A DNA stretch of 63,361 bases, filler included, from Hyphochytrium catenoides (GCA_900088475.1; 7 parts of 7 records of this genome joined end to end with filler, not necessarily neighbours in it); one strand, 5' to 3'. Counted from the first letter of the whole stretch, positions 47,322 to 60,681 are shown. Numbers and translations: made by a program. Notes: generated by a model from the sequence alone, not told the origin.

Positions 47322-49163
47322 ATGGCGTCCGCACAGTCCATAGTTTCGGCAGACGTGGACAAGCTAACTGGCATTATGGACAACACGCGCGCGGAGCTGG
47401 ACCGCTGGATTGCAGGGCAAAAGGACGCCATCGACAAAAAAGAAGCAGCACACTTCTCAGCCTTAAGAGGGCTGGCAGGTAAGAGAAGAAGCAAGTTGGA
47501 GGTACAGAGAAGAGGGGTATGACGGGCATAGAAAGAGTTTGAAGTCTGGCAATGGACGAGAGTCGCGAAGACTGGAGAGGGAGATAGAAGAGATAATCTA
47601 ATGTTCTCGCACATGATTGGCAGAGCGGCTTCGGACGCTGCGGCAGCAGGAACAGGACGCCACCAGTCGGCGGACTGTCCTTGAAGAACGTAAGGGCCAG
47701 TAGCCTATCTTATTGCCTTTCCCTAGTCAACTGCCGATCATCCTCCTCAGCACTATCTTGCACCGTCCCGTCCAGCTGCCACTAGTGGTGTCTGTCTACT
47801 CACAAACCAGGATCACCTGACGTCTTCATAACTTTCTCTCCTCCTACGTCGTCTCCCTATGGCCAGGACGACAGGCTCAGGAGAAAGAGCTAGCGGCCGC
47901 AAATGCGCAAGTAGCGGCGCTGCAGGTACAATGGAGTGGCTCTTCTCTACGGCCCTTATGCTAGAACTCTAACGTTGTCTTCGTGCTTTGCCACTAGCTC
48001 GAGGCTGACTCTCGGCTGCCCAAGCTGCGATCTCTTGAACAGCAGAAGGCAGATGAGCAGGAGAAGGTAGCGGCTTTGATGCAAGGTATGCGGGAGGAAC
48101 ATACTGAACACCAGGGAAACAGGGAGCGAAAGGCAGGAAGACACAGCGAACGAGAGGAGGTGGTGCTTGAGCTTTTTAACTTTAAGCTCTGTGCCCGCGC
48201 TTTTGGTTCTCGCCTCTCTTGTCCTTAGACCCTTGTCCCTCTTAGCTAGCGGCCCCTACAGGCGATGCTCTCTTCTTAGTTCCTCTCTGTTGGGCCCTCG
48301 CTCACCCCAGCCGGCCCTACTCCACGTCCTTCTCTATCAGCTCTGAGTGCCACGCAGTCGGCTGTAGAATTTGAGTCGGAGCAGCTGCAGAGAAGCTTGA
48401 GCCTGTACAAGCTTCTCGGCCTGGAGTTTGAACGGATCACTGGTGAGAACGCAGCGATCGCCCCATTTTCTTTTAGCCGGCTACTCTCCCTCTCTCTCTT
48501 ATCATCGCATACACTCTGGCCTGTCTCCCTCTTCGTGATGCTTCTCCCTGCTCTCCAAGTGATCTGTTACCTGCCCCGCTGACCGAAAAAGTACGGCTTA
48601 GAAAGGCTCTCTGGCGTGGGGCTTGCCACAGGTTCCTCATCTTCCTCTAATCTGTTCTCTCCCTTCTTACAAGCAGAGAGCCGCCTCCGTGTGACGTTCA
48701 CCAAGCTGGATCCTACCGCCCCAGCCAGAGCTTTCCATTTCTCTGTCAGGATCGATGCCTCAGACAAATATGAAGGTCCTAAAGCCCGTCCTATCTATTC
48801 TTTATATGCTGTTTAGTTTGGTTCTCACCTCTATGTCGGCTTTAGCTGGACTGTCTTTCTCTCTTTCTTTTTTCTGTTCTCACTCTCGTCGCAGCTCTCT
48901 CTCTCTCTGCAGCTGTTCTCCTTTCAGGAGTCACTTCTTGTGTCCTTGTTTGCTATCGCTCGTAAGTTGCCTTCGTCCCTCATTTTCTCTTCCTTTTTTT
49001 CTAACCCTCTCTCTATCCTCGTCTATCTTTAGTGACGGAGTGTGTGCCACATCTCGCCGTTCTCCCTGCGCTGCTGGAGGAGCTTAACCGCACGAATAAC
49101 TTCTCTCTCTTCGTGCGGACAATGCGCCAGCAATTTAAGGCTCTCCTTGCCAACGGGAGGTAG
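47322..49163 (+). CDS. SPC25: Kinetochore NDC80-complex subunit SPC25, about 7 exons
   Basis: N-terminal coiled-coil exons, then LYKLLGLEFERI / RLRVTFTKLDPTAPARAFHFSVRID..KYE / VTECVPHL..LLEELNRTNNFSLFVRTMRQQF (Spc25 RWD domain); GT-AG introns. Confidence 0.85.
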
Positions 49164-51257
49164 AGAGAGAGAGGAGCACAGAAACGTGCGCTGCCTGAAA
49201 AACTCGCGAGTGAAAATAAGAGAAGGAGAGAGAAACAAGGGAGAGAAGGAAGAGAGAAAGAGAGCATGGGAGTTCAAAAGGCCGACCAGAGAAGGACAGA
49301 CGGAGAGGAATACGCATTTTATGGGATCTCGCTGGGTAGCGGAGTAGTGAAGTGACAGTTGAGTTAGAGAGTGGCGCTGGTGAAGGCCTTAATAGGTCCT
49401 TCAGGCGCGCCAGGCAAGTGTATAATGAGCCCGTTGCAGGGCTAACAGTGTTTTGACTGCAATGATCAGCCCTAAGAAACCGAAAGTCTATTAAGAACAT
49501 GTCGCAAACAAGAAGAGGAAGAATGTCCAGCCCGAGGAGGAGGAGAGGACACGCTGTCGAGACAGAGAGCACAAGAAGTAAGGAAAGTGATCATCCGATG
49601 GGCAACGTCACGCTTCTCTCCTCTCGGGCCCCTAGGCAGTAGCTCCCTTCCCATTAAGCTTCTCGATCTCCCACAAGGGACAAAGGGCTCGCACCAAGCC
49701 CCAGCGGTCAGAAGCCCCAAGAAGGCCGGACTCCTAGTGAAGAGCCAGCTCCGTGACGACCTTTCCCTCAGCCTTCCAAGGGCGGCAGTGCCGTGGGCAG
49801 GAGAGATGTCTCTTCTGAGCCCGAAGATTTCCCAGTGAGCCCTGCGCTTGGTCCCCCATCTGTGTCAGGAAGTGCTACTATATGAAGTGATCATAATTTC
49901 TCTTTTGCTTTGCTTTGCTTTGCTGTGTCATTTATGTTCATAAGTGACAGGATGTGAAGTTAGGTTGCGAGGCTAGCATTATCTTGGACCATATCAGCTT
50001 GTAATTTACAGTCAGTGTGGAAAAGGGCTTACGAGAGGTGAAATAAGGTTGAAATACGCGGCTTGCTGTTCGTGGCTGGGGTTCTGGGGCCCCAACCAGC
50101 TTGAGAACACTTCATTAGCGAGAGAGAGAGAGAGAGANNNNNNNNNNNNNNNNNNNNNNNNNNGAGCAGAGAGAGAGAGAGCAGAGAGAGAGAGAGAGAG
50201 AGAGAGAGAAGGGAAGCGCACCAGCGGAGGAGAGAAATGTAAACTTCTTAGTTCTACTAGGACCGAGATCTGTCATTGCCAGTGCCTCTCAAGCCTGTTG
50301 CTGCTCAGCCCCAGACCGTCTGCCCTAGGCCAACCTGGGATATAGCTCTGATAGAGTCCTTATCCCTGCACCGCGCCCTGACACTTCTCACAGTGTCTGC
50401 TAACTCCACCCTCTAGAGGTACCGCTGCTGGCTGTCAGGCGCAGTGGCAGCCTCCCGCTCCTTCCTCACAGCATTATTTCCATCCTCCATCCTCTCTGAG
50501 TTAACACTGCGACTTCTCGTCACCAGCGACAAAGGCGGACCGGACCACCTAGGTTACATTCTCTGCTAGCCTTACCCGCTGTCTTCTTTCGCTNNNNNNN
50601 NNNNNNNNNNNNNNNNNNNNNNNNNNNNNNNNNNNNNTTAATTAATTAANNNNNNNNNNNNNNNNNNNNNNNNNNNNNNNNNNNNNNNNNNNNCTTGCTC
50701 TTGATCTGTACATCTGTCGTCTCTCCTCTCGCTCTCTCTCGCCTCAACTCTCTCTCTCTCTCCGTTCTTCTCTCTTCTTCCTCTTTCTGGTGGATGGCGC
50801 AAGCCTCAAGGAAAGAGAAGAGACGACAGCTTCAGACGATCTTTCCGTCATTGCGAATTCTGATGCAGAGAGACTGACTTGGGCCGTAGGAAGATAGTGA
50901 CTCCTCATCAACGGAAGCAGTGCCGTGCCGTCTCTTCACTTACATTATCCTCATCTAGAAGTCGTTGGTCTCTCTTCTACTCTTCTCTCTATCTACTTCT
51001 ACCTCCAGCTGCTCATTGTGTTAGCTGGCTATGGTGTTCTTTGGCATGGTTTCCTGACCTTATTGTCAGCAGACGTGGTCTCTTCTCTTCTTCAAGAGAC
51101 ATCGGAGGTCCTTGACCGATCGATCTCCCTTTCGATCTGGCTTTCGCGCCTCCCGCGCTTGGCACCTCCCTCTTTCTTTTTCGTTAGAGCGTCAGGAGCG
51201 GTGTAATGGGGCTGCCTCTCTCTTCTTCCCCGCCTTTCGCTGTACAATGACCGCACA

Positions 51258-52322
51258 ATGGCAGTAAGGCTCCAGGCAACTGCGCGCCCTCCCGGGCTGC
51301 ACCCTCTCCCATATTATTATCCTACGCCACCTCGGTTTCCCCTCGGTTCTCAGCAAAGCTCCCTCTCTATGGAGGAAGGTGAATCAGGAGACACAGGAGG
51401 AAGACATAGATATGGGAGAGAAAGAGAGAGAGAGAACGGCGACTTAGGAGTGGTTACTGTGGACGATATCCGGAGCACGATAGAGTTAGGCAAACGGTAC
51501 GATGACATCGTAGAGCACGATCAATCGGATTGGCGCCCATCCTGGCGCCCCGATGATAGCGTTGTGCAGCTTGCATTTGATGGCTTCCAACCTTCTGTTG
51601 CCTCCCCTACCGAGGCCAACTCACCTGCAGACAGCTGGGCTGCCTACCTAGAACGAGAGAGCTTTGAAGCGCAGGAGGCTGGAGAAAGAGAGAGAAACAG
51701 GAATGAAAAAACTGTTGTCACTGGAAGGAAACAAGACGCAGTGTCTAGCCAAAACCATTCCCTTATGTCTCCAGAAAGGTCGAAGAGTGTGGAGCCCGTT
51801 GCGTTGTTTCTCTCCGGCTACACAGAGCCAGTCTGTGAGCTTTATCGGGCTTTCTCCCCTCAGACCATTCACCTCGTTGCCCAGCAGATGAAGCGCTCTG
51901 TCCCCATTAAAGACCACCTCAGAGGTTTCCACAGGCATAGAAAGTGCTTCACAGGAAAAGAAGCCGTTCGGTGGCTGATACAAAGCAAAACAGTCAAGAA
52001 CACCGCCGACGCCATCCTCCTTGGCAAAGAGCTTTTGAGGAGAGGGTACTTCCACCACGTTAACTATAGAAAGAACTTTGATGCCAAGTCGTGGCTTTAC
52101 CGCTTTGAAGAAGATGAGGTGCCTTTCTCTCTCTCTCGGAAAAGTGTGATGGAGAGAGACTCGGGGTTTACTGAAGACTTGGCCTCGATGCGCACGCGCT
52201 CTCTCACAGAGCAAGAGGACGAACTGAGAGACAGCGAGCTGCTAGTGAGAAGACCTTCACAGTCATTAAGGCCGAGGAGAGGCACGTTTCCTCCTCCTCC
52301 TTCAACGCACATGGTCCTTTGA
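51258..52322 (+). CDS. DEP-domain protein (true N-terminus uncertain)
   Basis: IKDHLRGFHRHRKCFTGKEAVRWLI...AILLGKELLRRGYFHHV...LYRF matches the DEP consensus, within a 354-aa open frame. Confidence 0.75.
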   Translation: MAVRLQATARPPGLHPLPYYYPTPPRFPLGSQQSSLSMEEGESGDTGGRHRYGRERERENGDLGVVTVDDIRSTIELGKRYDDIVEHDQSDWRPSWRPDDSVVQLAFDGFQPSVASPTEANSPADSWAAYLERESFEAQEAGERERNRNEKTVVTGRKQDAVSSQNHSLMSPERSKSVEPVALFLSGYTEPVCELYRAFSPQTIHLVAQQMKRSVPIKDHLRGFHRHRKCFTGKEAVRWLIQSKTVKNTADAILLGKELLRRGYFHHVNYRKNFDAKSWLYRFEEDEVPFSLSRKSVMERDSGFTEDLASMRTRSLTEQEDELRDSELLVRRPSQSLRPRRGTFPPPPSTHMVL

Positions 52323-52942
52323 AAGCTGAAGCCATCTCCTTATAATTATTCAGGTCTGCCACTTCTCTCTTGGCACTAGGGTGCCCAGTACTGAGAGGAT
52401 GGAAGACCTATCCATGTGACTCATCGTACTACTTATTTATTCCTAACCTCTGCTACGCGTGTCAGCAGTGTAATAGATGTAGAGGATCACGCTGAAGAAA
52501 GGCTGTTGCCCTCGCCTACCCTGTGTAGTTTTGTTACCTGTGTTGCCCAACGTAGAAGCTCATCAGAAAGGACCAGTGTGCTTCGTGACTGGCTCTGCAG
52601 TTCTTTGTTCGCTATGTTCTCCATGTAGACCCTTACAAGGCTTTTCTTCTGTGAGCAAAGAAGGACAACTATGTTGAAGCCACTAGGAAGCGTTTAGCCG
52701 TCATCTCATTTCTCGTCCCATCTCTGACTCACGTGGAACTGGGCCATTGCACTTATATCCTTTGCTACTCCCATGACTGTGCTAAGCAGTAGTGTTCATT
52801 ACTCTTCATATGACACGAAAAGACTAACAGTATGGTGACATCAACCACCAAGGCAGGCGCTGTCATCGTCCTCAGCTGCTAAAAATATATAGAAGTGTAC
52901 AGACAGAATATAACTGTCGATTGATATTCCTTTTGACGTCGA

Positions 52943-54754
52943 TTACCGCTGATGTCGCAGCTTATGGACAGAAGGGTCCTGCGCCGCATATACCGCCAGC
53001 ATGGCTCTGTCTTCCTCGCCGTCGTCCTCTGCACGCTCTAGGGTTATTGAGGAAGTCTCTTCTTCCTTCACCCTCAGCCCTCCGCAGACGAAAGAAAAGA
53101 GAACAACAAGGGCTGCCATTATAACCAGCGCCTTCACTCTATCTCCCAGAAAAAGCAACAAGAAACCCCAGCTCATACCGCCAATGTTTCCTCCCGCACC
53201 TACAATGCCAGACACAGCTCCGACTGCATCAGGCCGTACATAGGGAACTACACCGAAGACTCCTCCGCAGGAAGCTTGGCAGAAAAAGCTAAAGAAAATG
53301 AGAGAGACAATGGCTGTAGGGATGGACTTGGAGAGAGCAAAGGCGAAAAGCGTGAGCCCTTCTCCCAATATGAGAGAGAACAGTACCCAGATCCTTCCTT
53401 TGAGCCCAAAGCGCCGATTGGCGAGGTCAGAGAAGAAGCCCCCAAGAGGACGTGAGAAGACGTTCATTAAGCCGAAAATGGACGCATAGAACTGAGCGTG
53501 GATCTTGTCCGCAACGATCCTGCAGGCCATAGGGTCTGTCACGGGATCGCAGTCGGGTTTCTTCAGCTCTTCATAGAAGTAAGCGCCAAGAGAGTTATCT
53601 ACTGCTAGTTCAACTCCGAAGCTGCAGGCGTAGGCTACTGCCAAAACGTAGGTGTTATGAGAAGTTGCCGCAGACGTAAAAGCTTCGTATGGAGACGGAA
53701 CACGCGCAGAGGTCCTGTCAGTCTTGATTTTCTGCTCCCGGCTCTCTAAGCTGTTCTGCCGTTCAAGCTCTACTACCGGTCTTTCTTTCTCTTCCCAATC
53801 TTGTTGCCTCTCTTCTCTTTTCTCCTCATTGCCATGCGGTCCCCCATGCAGTCCCCCATGCACACTGCCATGCACGCTCCCATGCATACTCCCTTCCAAC
53901 TTCTTCGGGTAGGGGCGGAGCTTCTTTGTCTGTCCATAGCTGCCAGTCGGGCAGTCATCTCCAAAGAGGTAGATCACCCCGGCCATCATCAGAAGAAGAG
54001 AGGCAGGGACGACCATCGACAGCCTCCAAGAAAGCTCTGTCGACAACCCTGCAACGTCATTAAACAACTGAAAGATGCCCGGCATAAGGAGATACGATAG
54101 TCCTCCTCCGACATTCCCCCAGCCCGCAGCCAGAGCGAGGGCCGTTCCGACAATACTCTTGGCGAAGAAGAGACTAGTCCAAAATTGACAGCATACAAAG
54201 GCACCTCCTAATATTCCTATGAAAAAGCGGACCACAATGAGGCCCGTTCCCCCTTGGATGAGGCCCGACAGACCAATTGGCAATGCACTAACTGCTAATA
54301 GTCCTCCAAAGGTCACTCTGGGCCCGTAGCGATCACATAGAGTTCCTAAGATTACTCGCGTCACGATGGCAACTGAGACGACGGCAATGTTAGACTTGTC
54401 CACATCTTCCTGGGAGACAGAGAGGGTCTCTTTGATGTAGATACTAATCGGAGGGATAGCGAACCAGCATGTAAACGCCACCAAGAAGGAGAGCCAGGCA
54501 ATGTGAAAGCTGCGCATGTGCGGGCGAGAAAGAGAGCAGAGCTTGATGTTTAGGGCTCTATACCCTTGGTCTGGATCCACCTTTAGGTCGAACTCATAAG
54601 GTAAGATATACTCTTGCTCATTGGCAGTGTAATGTGTAAGAGCACGAGGTGACCCAATGCTGACAAAGTCGCGGCTCGTGTCTCCTTCTGATGCTGCGCC
54701 TTGCTCCATGCTTGGTTTCTCAGTGTTGGTACCGGCACTTGGTGTGGCGGACAT
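52943..54754 (-). CDS. NRT2: High-affinity nitrate transporter NRT2 (MFS, NNP family), intronless
   Basis: RPHMRSFHIAW, CDRYGPR, nitrate-signature ALAAGWGNVGGG and GIVGAGGNIGG, FGVELAVDN, FGLMNVFSRPLGG; about 12 hydrophobic segments. Confidence 0.95.
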   Translation of the reverse strand: MSATPSAGTNTEKPSMEQGAASEGDTSRDFVSIGSPRALTHYTANEQEYILPYEFDLKVDPDQGYRALNIKLCSLSRPHMRSFHIAWLSFLVAFTCWFAIPPISIYIKETLSVSQEDVDKSNIAVVSVAIVTRVILGTLCDRYGPRVTFGGLLAVSALPIGLSGLIQGGTGLIVVRFFIGILGGAFVCCQFWTSLFFAKSIVGTALALAAGWGNVGGGLSYLLMPGIFQLFNDVAGLSTELSWRLSMVVPASLLLMMAGVIYLFGDDCPTGSYGQTKKLRPYPKKLEGSMHGSVHGSVHGGLHGGPHGNEEKREERQQDWEEKERPVVELERQNSLESREQKIKTDRTSARVPSPYEAFTSAATSHNTYVLAVAYACSFGVELAVDNSLGAYFYEELKKPDCDPVTDPMACRIVADKIHAQFYASIFGLMNVFSRPLGGFFSDLANRRFGLKGRIWVLFSLILGEGLTLFAFALSKSIPTAIVSLIFFSFFCQASCGGVFGVVPYVRPDAVGAVSGIVGAGGNIGGMSWGFLLLFLGDRVKALVIMAALVVLFSFVCGGLRVKEEETSSITLERAEDDGEEDRAMLAVYAAQDPSVHKLRHQR

Positions 54755-56960
54755 CGTAACGAGCGTTGTTTGCTCCGTCTTACGCTCTGTTATCTCGCTG
54801 TAGCTGCTGTCTCGTTTGTCAATTATGGAGCCTGCACTGAAGACTCGGCTGGAAGCTCGTCTGTTACTCTTGCGCCTCGGCTGGTGCCCTCAGAGGCAGA
54901 TAAAGAGTAGAGAAGAGGGTCTAGCAGACGGACAGCAACACTGAGAATGGTGGATCATATGGCGGAAGAGATATGAAATACGACGGGCACAATGAGTACG
55001 AGCCAAGACCTGCTGGCAGCTGGCTGTGAGCAGCTTTACTTTTGAAGGCTCTGCTTTACTGCTTCAAGCTCGTCGCTCACAGTAGAACCCATCATTCGCT
55101 CCGCCACCACTAATAGTCCTCGCCTGGTAGCTTCTGTTGCCCGTGCTCCTCTGCTAGTGGTCGCTCTATCCTTCCCCTTACTATCGTACTGACTCCTTGA
55201 CCGTACCAGCCGGTATCAAGCGCTAACAATTAGCTGCAGAACCTCAGAAAATGGGAGTGGAGGACCGGCCACAACTAGTGCGGGGAAGGAGTGGCAGAAA
55301 GGTGATGGTCATTGGAATCCGTAGACCAAAAGAGCGCCAGCCGCCTCCTTGGTCTAATCTAGCTTCTGTGCTCTCCAGTTTCTTCCATTAAAAACTCCTC
55401 TTCCTGTCAACGGTCCCTCTTTATAGCTTTGGGTCGCTGTCCCTGAGGCCAACAACAGGTCCGATACACTCAGCCACAACTGGATAGCTCCAGGGACATT
55501 GCCGTCTGCTGCTGCTGCTTGTCTCCTCACACTATGCTCTCAACAGTCTATTACTAAAGCCACCACAAGTCCTCCTTAGTCTCTCTCTCCTCTCATCGTC
55601 TGTCTCTGACCTCCTTCTCCTCCTTCTTTCTCCAATCTCTCTGTCGCCCTGTCTCACTGTTGGAGCGGGCATAATCTTCATACTTCATGCCTTAGCTACC
55701 ACTCTGTCTCCTGCCTCGACTACCCAGGAACTAGGAAGACCCTATCGCCCTTCCCTGCGCCTTCCACTCTCCCTCTCTCTCTCTCCACGGTGCGGGTCGA
55801 GCGTCTAACGATTTTCCTTTCGTCTCCAGCTGGTTGGGCTGGGCGTTGAACGTTGAAAGACTATAGAGCTTCTGCTCTCAGTCGCTCTCTCCGTAGGACG
55901 ATGCGCCAAGAGCCAAGAGTCTTGCCCGCTTCTCAGGTGACGGCCCGCGGCTGATGTCAACCACCACAGGCTCTCAAGCTCCTCTCTGCCATAGCTCTTT
56001 GTCCCTTCTCATAGCTCTATAATGTGCTCTCTCTACCTCTGTCTCTGCAGATCTCCTGGATTACCCTCTCTTTCTCCTTCTCTCTCTCCATGTCTCTCTC
56101 TCTCTTTCTCTCACTCTTTCTCTCTCCCTCTTCAACTTTTTCGTGCCTTTCTCTCCCTTTTTCTCTTCCTTCGATGTGCCCCTTAAACCTATATCTCACC
56201 CTTCCTCTGTCTCTTGAACTCTTCGCCTTAAGACCTTGTAAAGCAATAGTCCTCTAATCTGCCGCAATATCTCCTGCAGCTCGACCTCTTTCCATTTACG
56301 CGTTCTCACCTTTGTTTCTTGGCACCTCTCTTGCTATCTCTTCCCTTGGTTGTCACTTAGAATAAAGCCAGTCGTATGAACTCTGTCTGTTCAATATCAC
56401 TGCTCTGTCTCGTAGCTCGTGGCCCTTCTCACAGCCAGAATGTTTCTATGCTAAAATGATAGACTGGAGGTACCACCCCAGAAACGAGACAGGCCATTAG
56501 GTTTAGCCTGGAGAAGGTGGTACCCCCTCCATGGTTGGGGTCCGACGGTGTGCACTCAAGCTGTAGGATAGGGACTGGACGCCATCACCCCCAGGTGAGA
56601 CCCCTTCATTTAGAGTGTTCTGGGTTCTGAGGTGCCAATCAACGAATCTGGGCTGTCACTTGGATGTATCAAGGGAAGGCACTCCCTCCTACAATTGCCT
56701 ATTTAATTGAGAGGCCATCCGCAAAGTGTTATACACTATACATGTACGGCGGCAGCAATGATATGGTTATCGAAGATTAGGTAATGGTAGGTATTATATT
56801 AGGGGTTTGTTGAGTGAGTGGCTTTATATTGTCGCCTATGGAGCCGCTTCATTGGCTGTGTGAGCGCTCCGTTGTTCGTGTCTCTTCTCCCCTGTCTCTG
56901 TTTTGTCTTCTGGATTGAATGACCCTAGCTATGTTTTGGGTGCCCTCTGTGGGCCCTTAA

Positions 56961-58478
56961 CCCCCTAAGGATTCAGAATGTGCAACGCTTGCTGCTGCTG
57001 GTAGCAGAATAAGTTGTACTTCTATGGCGAATAGAGCTTTGAACTTGCCTAGGCCCATTCCGATACATCATAATACTGGCCATTTTTGGGTATAAGGTAC
57101 GGATATCCTTGTCTTATTCAGCAAAACCTCTTACAAGGGCGCTTTATGTAATCAAGCTTCTAGGAGGTGCTCAATGATGAAAGTACTCGCAACTCATACA
57201 ACTACATGCTGTAACCTAACAACAACAACAACCCAAAATGTCCAGAAGAGGCTCTTCCGCGGAAATTATTCTTTATTGTGACTTTTTGCAGGTACTATAC
57301 TCCACTCATCAAGAGAGAGCTGAGTGCTCCTCTCCTAGCCTTCCTTTCAGTTTGGCGGGCAGACGTCAGCTCAGATATACATACCGCAACGGAAAGATCT
57401 CATCATCATCATAACCTCAGGCCTTTTATATTGGAAAAAAGAAGGTTAGTAAAAACTGATCTGCCAATAATCGATCAAATAATCCATAAGCGGAAGATCA
57501 CTTCCTACTGGTTAACAAGGGGACACCCCCACCTGAAAAATGTAGAATAATAAATATGAGAGACAGAGAGAACACAGCTATTATGTTTTTGCCTAAAGAA
57601 AGAAGAAGAGAAGAGAAATCCCATCCTGAGGGCCACAAGTGGACTTCAGATGATCATCAATAGTGCCAGGACTACCACCCCTCTTTTTTCGCTTATTTAG
57701 GTTAAGTCCTATGCCTCGCACGCGAGAGCTGTGCTCCATACCCCACCTCCTGCTAAATGGAAGTGACGACAAATAGGCGCATGCAGGAAACCGGCACCTC
57801 TATTGTAATTATTTCTAGGAGGAGGAGTCTCAAGGAAAATTGTATGTTGCTCAACAAGAAAGTAGTACTACGGTCGTACGACGCGAAAGAAGAAGAGTAA
57901 TGAGCACGATATATCTGGGGAAGAAAAGCGGAGCCCCACTCCACTCCCAGCAGCAGCCGGCAATAGTACAACAACAACATGTCTTCTCGCTCGTAGTATA
58001 ATCGTGGAACAAGACGAGTGAGCACAAGTAAGGGCCTCTCGTAGAAAGAAGACTAGTCGTAAACATTACTTTCTTATAATTAGAAAGGCAAACAAACACT
58101 CCCGCGAGTATATCGCAGTGGCAATAGAGTGGAAGTAGCGGCGTCTGATTTTTCCTCACTAAAGCCACCATTACATGGTTGTTGACGATGATGAAAATTG
58201 AAGCTATGTAATGTACAGCTGTACTATTCTACTACTTACTATTCATGCTGGGCTTGGTGTGTTTGTCATTATTTCCCTCTATCAATCAACAGACAACAAC
58301 AAGATACAGTCAATGGTGGTCTGGTGGTAGTTTCTCCTAGTAGCGTCGTTTCGTCATTGATCTAGTTCTATTCATTCATCACATAGCATAAATTGTTCCA
58401 GCATGCCATGCTACAGCTTGCGCCACAGTATTCTTGACAACCAAAAGTCTGGTCCCTGATTAGTCATGCCTTAGGGGG
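56961..58478. mobile_element. Possible non-autonomous piggyBac-like element
   Basis: TTAA|CCCCCTAAGG ... CCTTAGGGGG|CTAA: 10-bp TIRs beginning CCC with a TTAA-like target. AT-richer non-coding interior. Confidence 0.4.
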
Positions 58479-58844
58479 CTAAGGCAAGTGGGGATTCTGA
58501 ATAGCTGTTCTGAATGGCAGGCTTTATTGGGCCTTTCACTGGAATAGGCCCGGTCCTCAGGCGAATAGCGTGCAGATTAGGAGGACAAGAAGTTACGGAT
58601 GTCCACAACTTAGATTCTGCATTCATGTGACCAAGGCTCCCACCCTAAGGGAAGCTATGAGTTCACTGGGGATAATTGTCTCTTACAATAGGGGANNNNN
58701 NNNNNNNNNNNNNNNNNNNNNNNNNNNNNNNNNNNNNNNTTAATTAATTAANNNNNNNNNNNNNNNNNNNNNNNNNNNNNNNNNNNNNNNNNNNNGAGTA
58801 TCCAACTCTCCTCCAGGATCGGAACCCGAAGACCATTGCCGTTA

Positions 58845-58893
58845 CATCTAATGACATTGTCCAATCATTCCATATAAATCCAACAGGTTATGG
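58845..58893 (+). mobile_element. 3' end of LTR-B plus start of the GGTTATGG PBS
   Basis: catctaatgacattgtccaatcattccatataaatccaaca-GGTTATGG matches the LTR-B end and PBS at 32619-32665. Confidence 0.65.
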
Positions 58894-58899
58894 CTTCAT

Positions 58900-60545
58900 C
58901 TTCGGAGTCGTCTTCGTACACCGAAATCTCTCCCCCTCGGTGTTGCCAAGGTTGGCTGGATCAGATATGTCTGTTGTTACTTCGACGCCAGGCCTATCTA
59001 TTAGTTGGGTTTCTTGGATCTTCGACTGGAGCTGGAGTCGGGTCGTGGGCTTCATTTAGTATCTCAAAGAGTATGTCAACGTTTTCGGGTGGGGGTGATG
59101 TTTCGACGTATCCGTTCTGGTTCTCGCTGAAGGCGACATCACGCCTTCAATGATTCTCTTTGTCTCTGGATCATATAAGCGATACGCTTTTGAATGATCT
59201 GCAAAACCCATGAAGACATAGTACTTAGCCTTAGCATCCATCTTGGTCCGCATCCTGGTCAGAGATGAGACCATAAGCTTGACAACTGAAGACACGCAGA
59301 TGACTCAAGTCAGGATTTTTACCCCCCCACATTTTATAGGGTGTGTTGTCCGTGTTGAGTGCTGAGGTGGGATACATGTTTCCAAGGTGAACTGCTGTTT
59401 TAAGGGCTTCTCCCCAAAAAGATAAGGGAAGCTTTGCAGCGTGGAGCATGCAGCGAGCGGACTCCACAAGACTGCGCTGTTTACGTTCAGCGACGCCATT
59501 TTGTGCTGGTGAATACGGGGCTGTGAGTTCATGGACTATTCCACGTGTTTTACAGTACTCCTTCATGGCTTCGGAGCAGTATTCTCCGCCTCGGTCGCTT
59601 CAATTTTCTGGATTTTACATCCAGTTTGTCGTCCCGCTGTCGCACAAACGTGTCCAGGTGAGTAATCACTTCATCTTTGGATTTCATCAAGTAGAGAAAC
59701 GTCCGCCGGGTGTGATCATCTACGAAGACAACATGGTAGCGGTGTCCTCCTAGGCTAAGGGTATTGACAACTCCCACATCGGAGTGAGCTAGCTCCAGGG
59801 ATCTCGAAGCTCTGCGAGTCGCTTTCTTGGGGAACCTAAGGTCTTGTGAGTTTGCCTAGAATACATCCGGAGCAGAACTGAGCGTCCTCATGATTGATCT
59901 GAATGCCTTCAGCGACTTTGGCTGGTTTCCTGAGGTCTGGAATGTTGAGGTGCCCCAGGCGGCAATGCCAAATGGTACCTACTTTGATTGGTATTGGTGG
60001 CTCAAATCCAGGCTGTTTTCGACGTGGTGTGGACCTATTATGGCGGACTTCTGACTTGTTCCTTTTGAGTAGAACAACGTACCGACGCGTGTGTCGAGAG
60101 TCGTGCGTGCACCTTGGGCTGTTGCTAGATGTGGTACGTTCTTCGGATAGGTAGTAGACGCCACCGCCTTGTGTGAAAAGTACATGACATCCCTTTTAAG
60201 TTTTTGTCCAATTGAGAGAAGATGCCATTTAAAGCCAGGTACCAACCGAGCAACAAATCTTCTGATAGCTTGGTCGTCTGAATTAAAGCATTCCTCCCTA
60301 TGACAACACCAGCCATCTCAGAATGGGTTTTCTGGACTACATCCAAAGACTGTTTAGGGTGCTCCATTCTGTGCCTTCCTATCACAGCAGCGGCTAAGGA
60401 CGAGACTGTGTTCACAAAGCGTCTCTGATAATGAGCGTTCCTTGTAGCGTCTGAGCCCTTCCCTCGGCTTCTACTTCAGTTACCTCTTTCGGATCAAGAA
60501 GCCGCAGTAGATCCTCAACGCAATCGTCAAACGCATTAGCGCGTT
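58900..60545 (-). mobile_element. Frameshifted Ty1/copia pol remnant (GAG-pre-integrase, integrase core, SH3-like region)
   Basis: VFVDDHTRRTFLYLMKSKDEV, HELTAPYSPAQNGVAERKQRSLVESARCML, FWGEALKTAV, KMDAKAKYYVFMGFADHSKAYRLYDP across several frames. Confidence 0.9.
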
Positions 60546-60681
60546 CAAAGCCCCTAGTGGCTGTTAGATTTTATTATTTGANNNNNNNNNNNNNNNNNNN
60601 NNNNNNNNNNNNNNNNNNNNNNNNNTTAATTAATTAANNNNNNNNNNNNNNNNNNNNNNNNNNNNNNNNNNNNNNNNNNNN

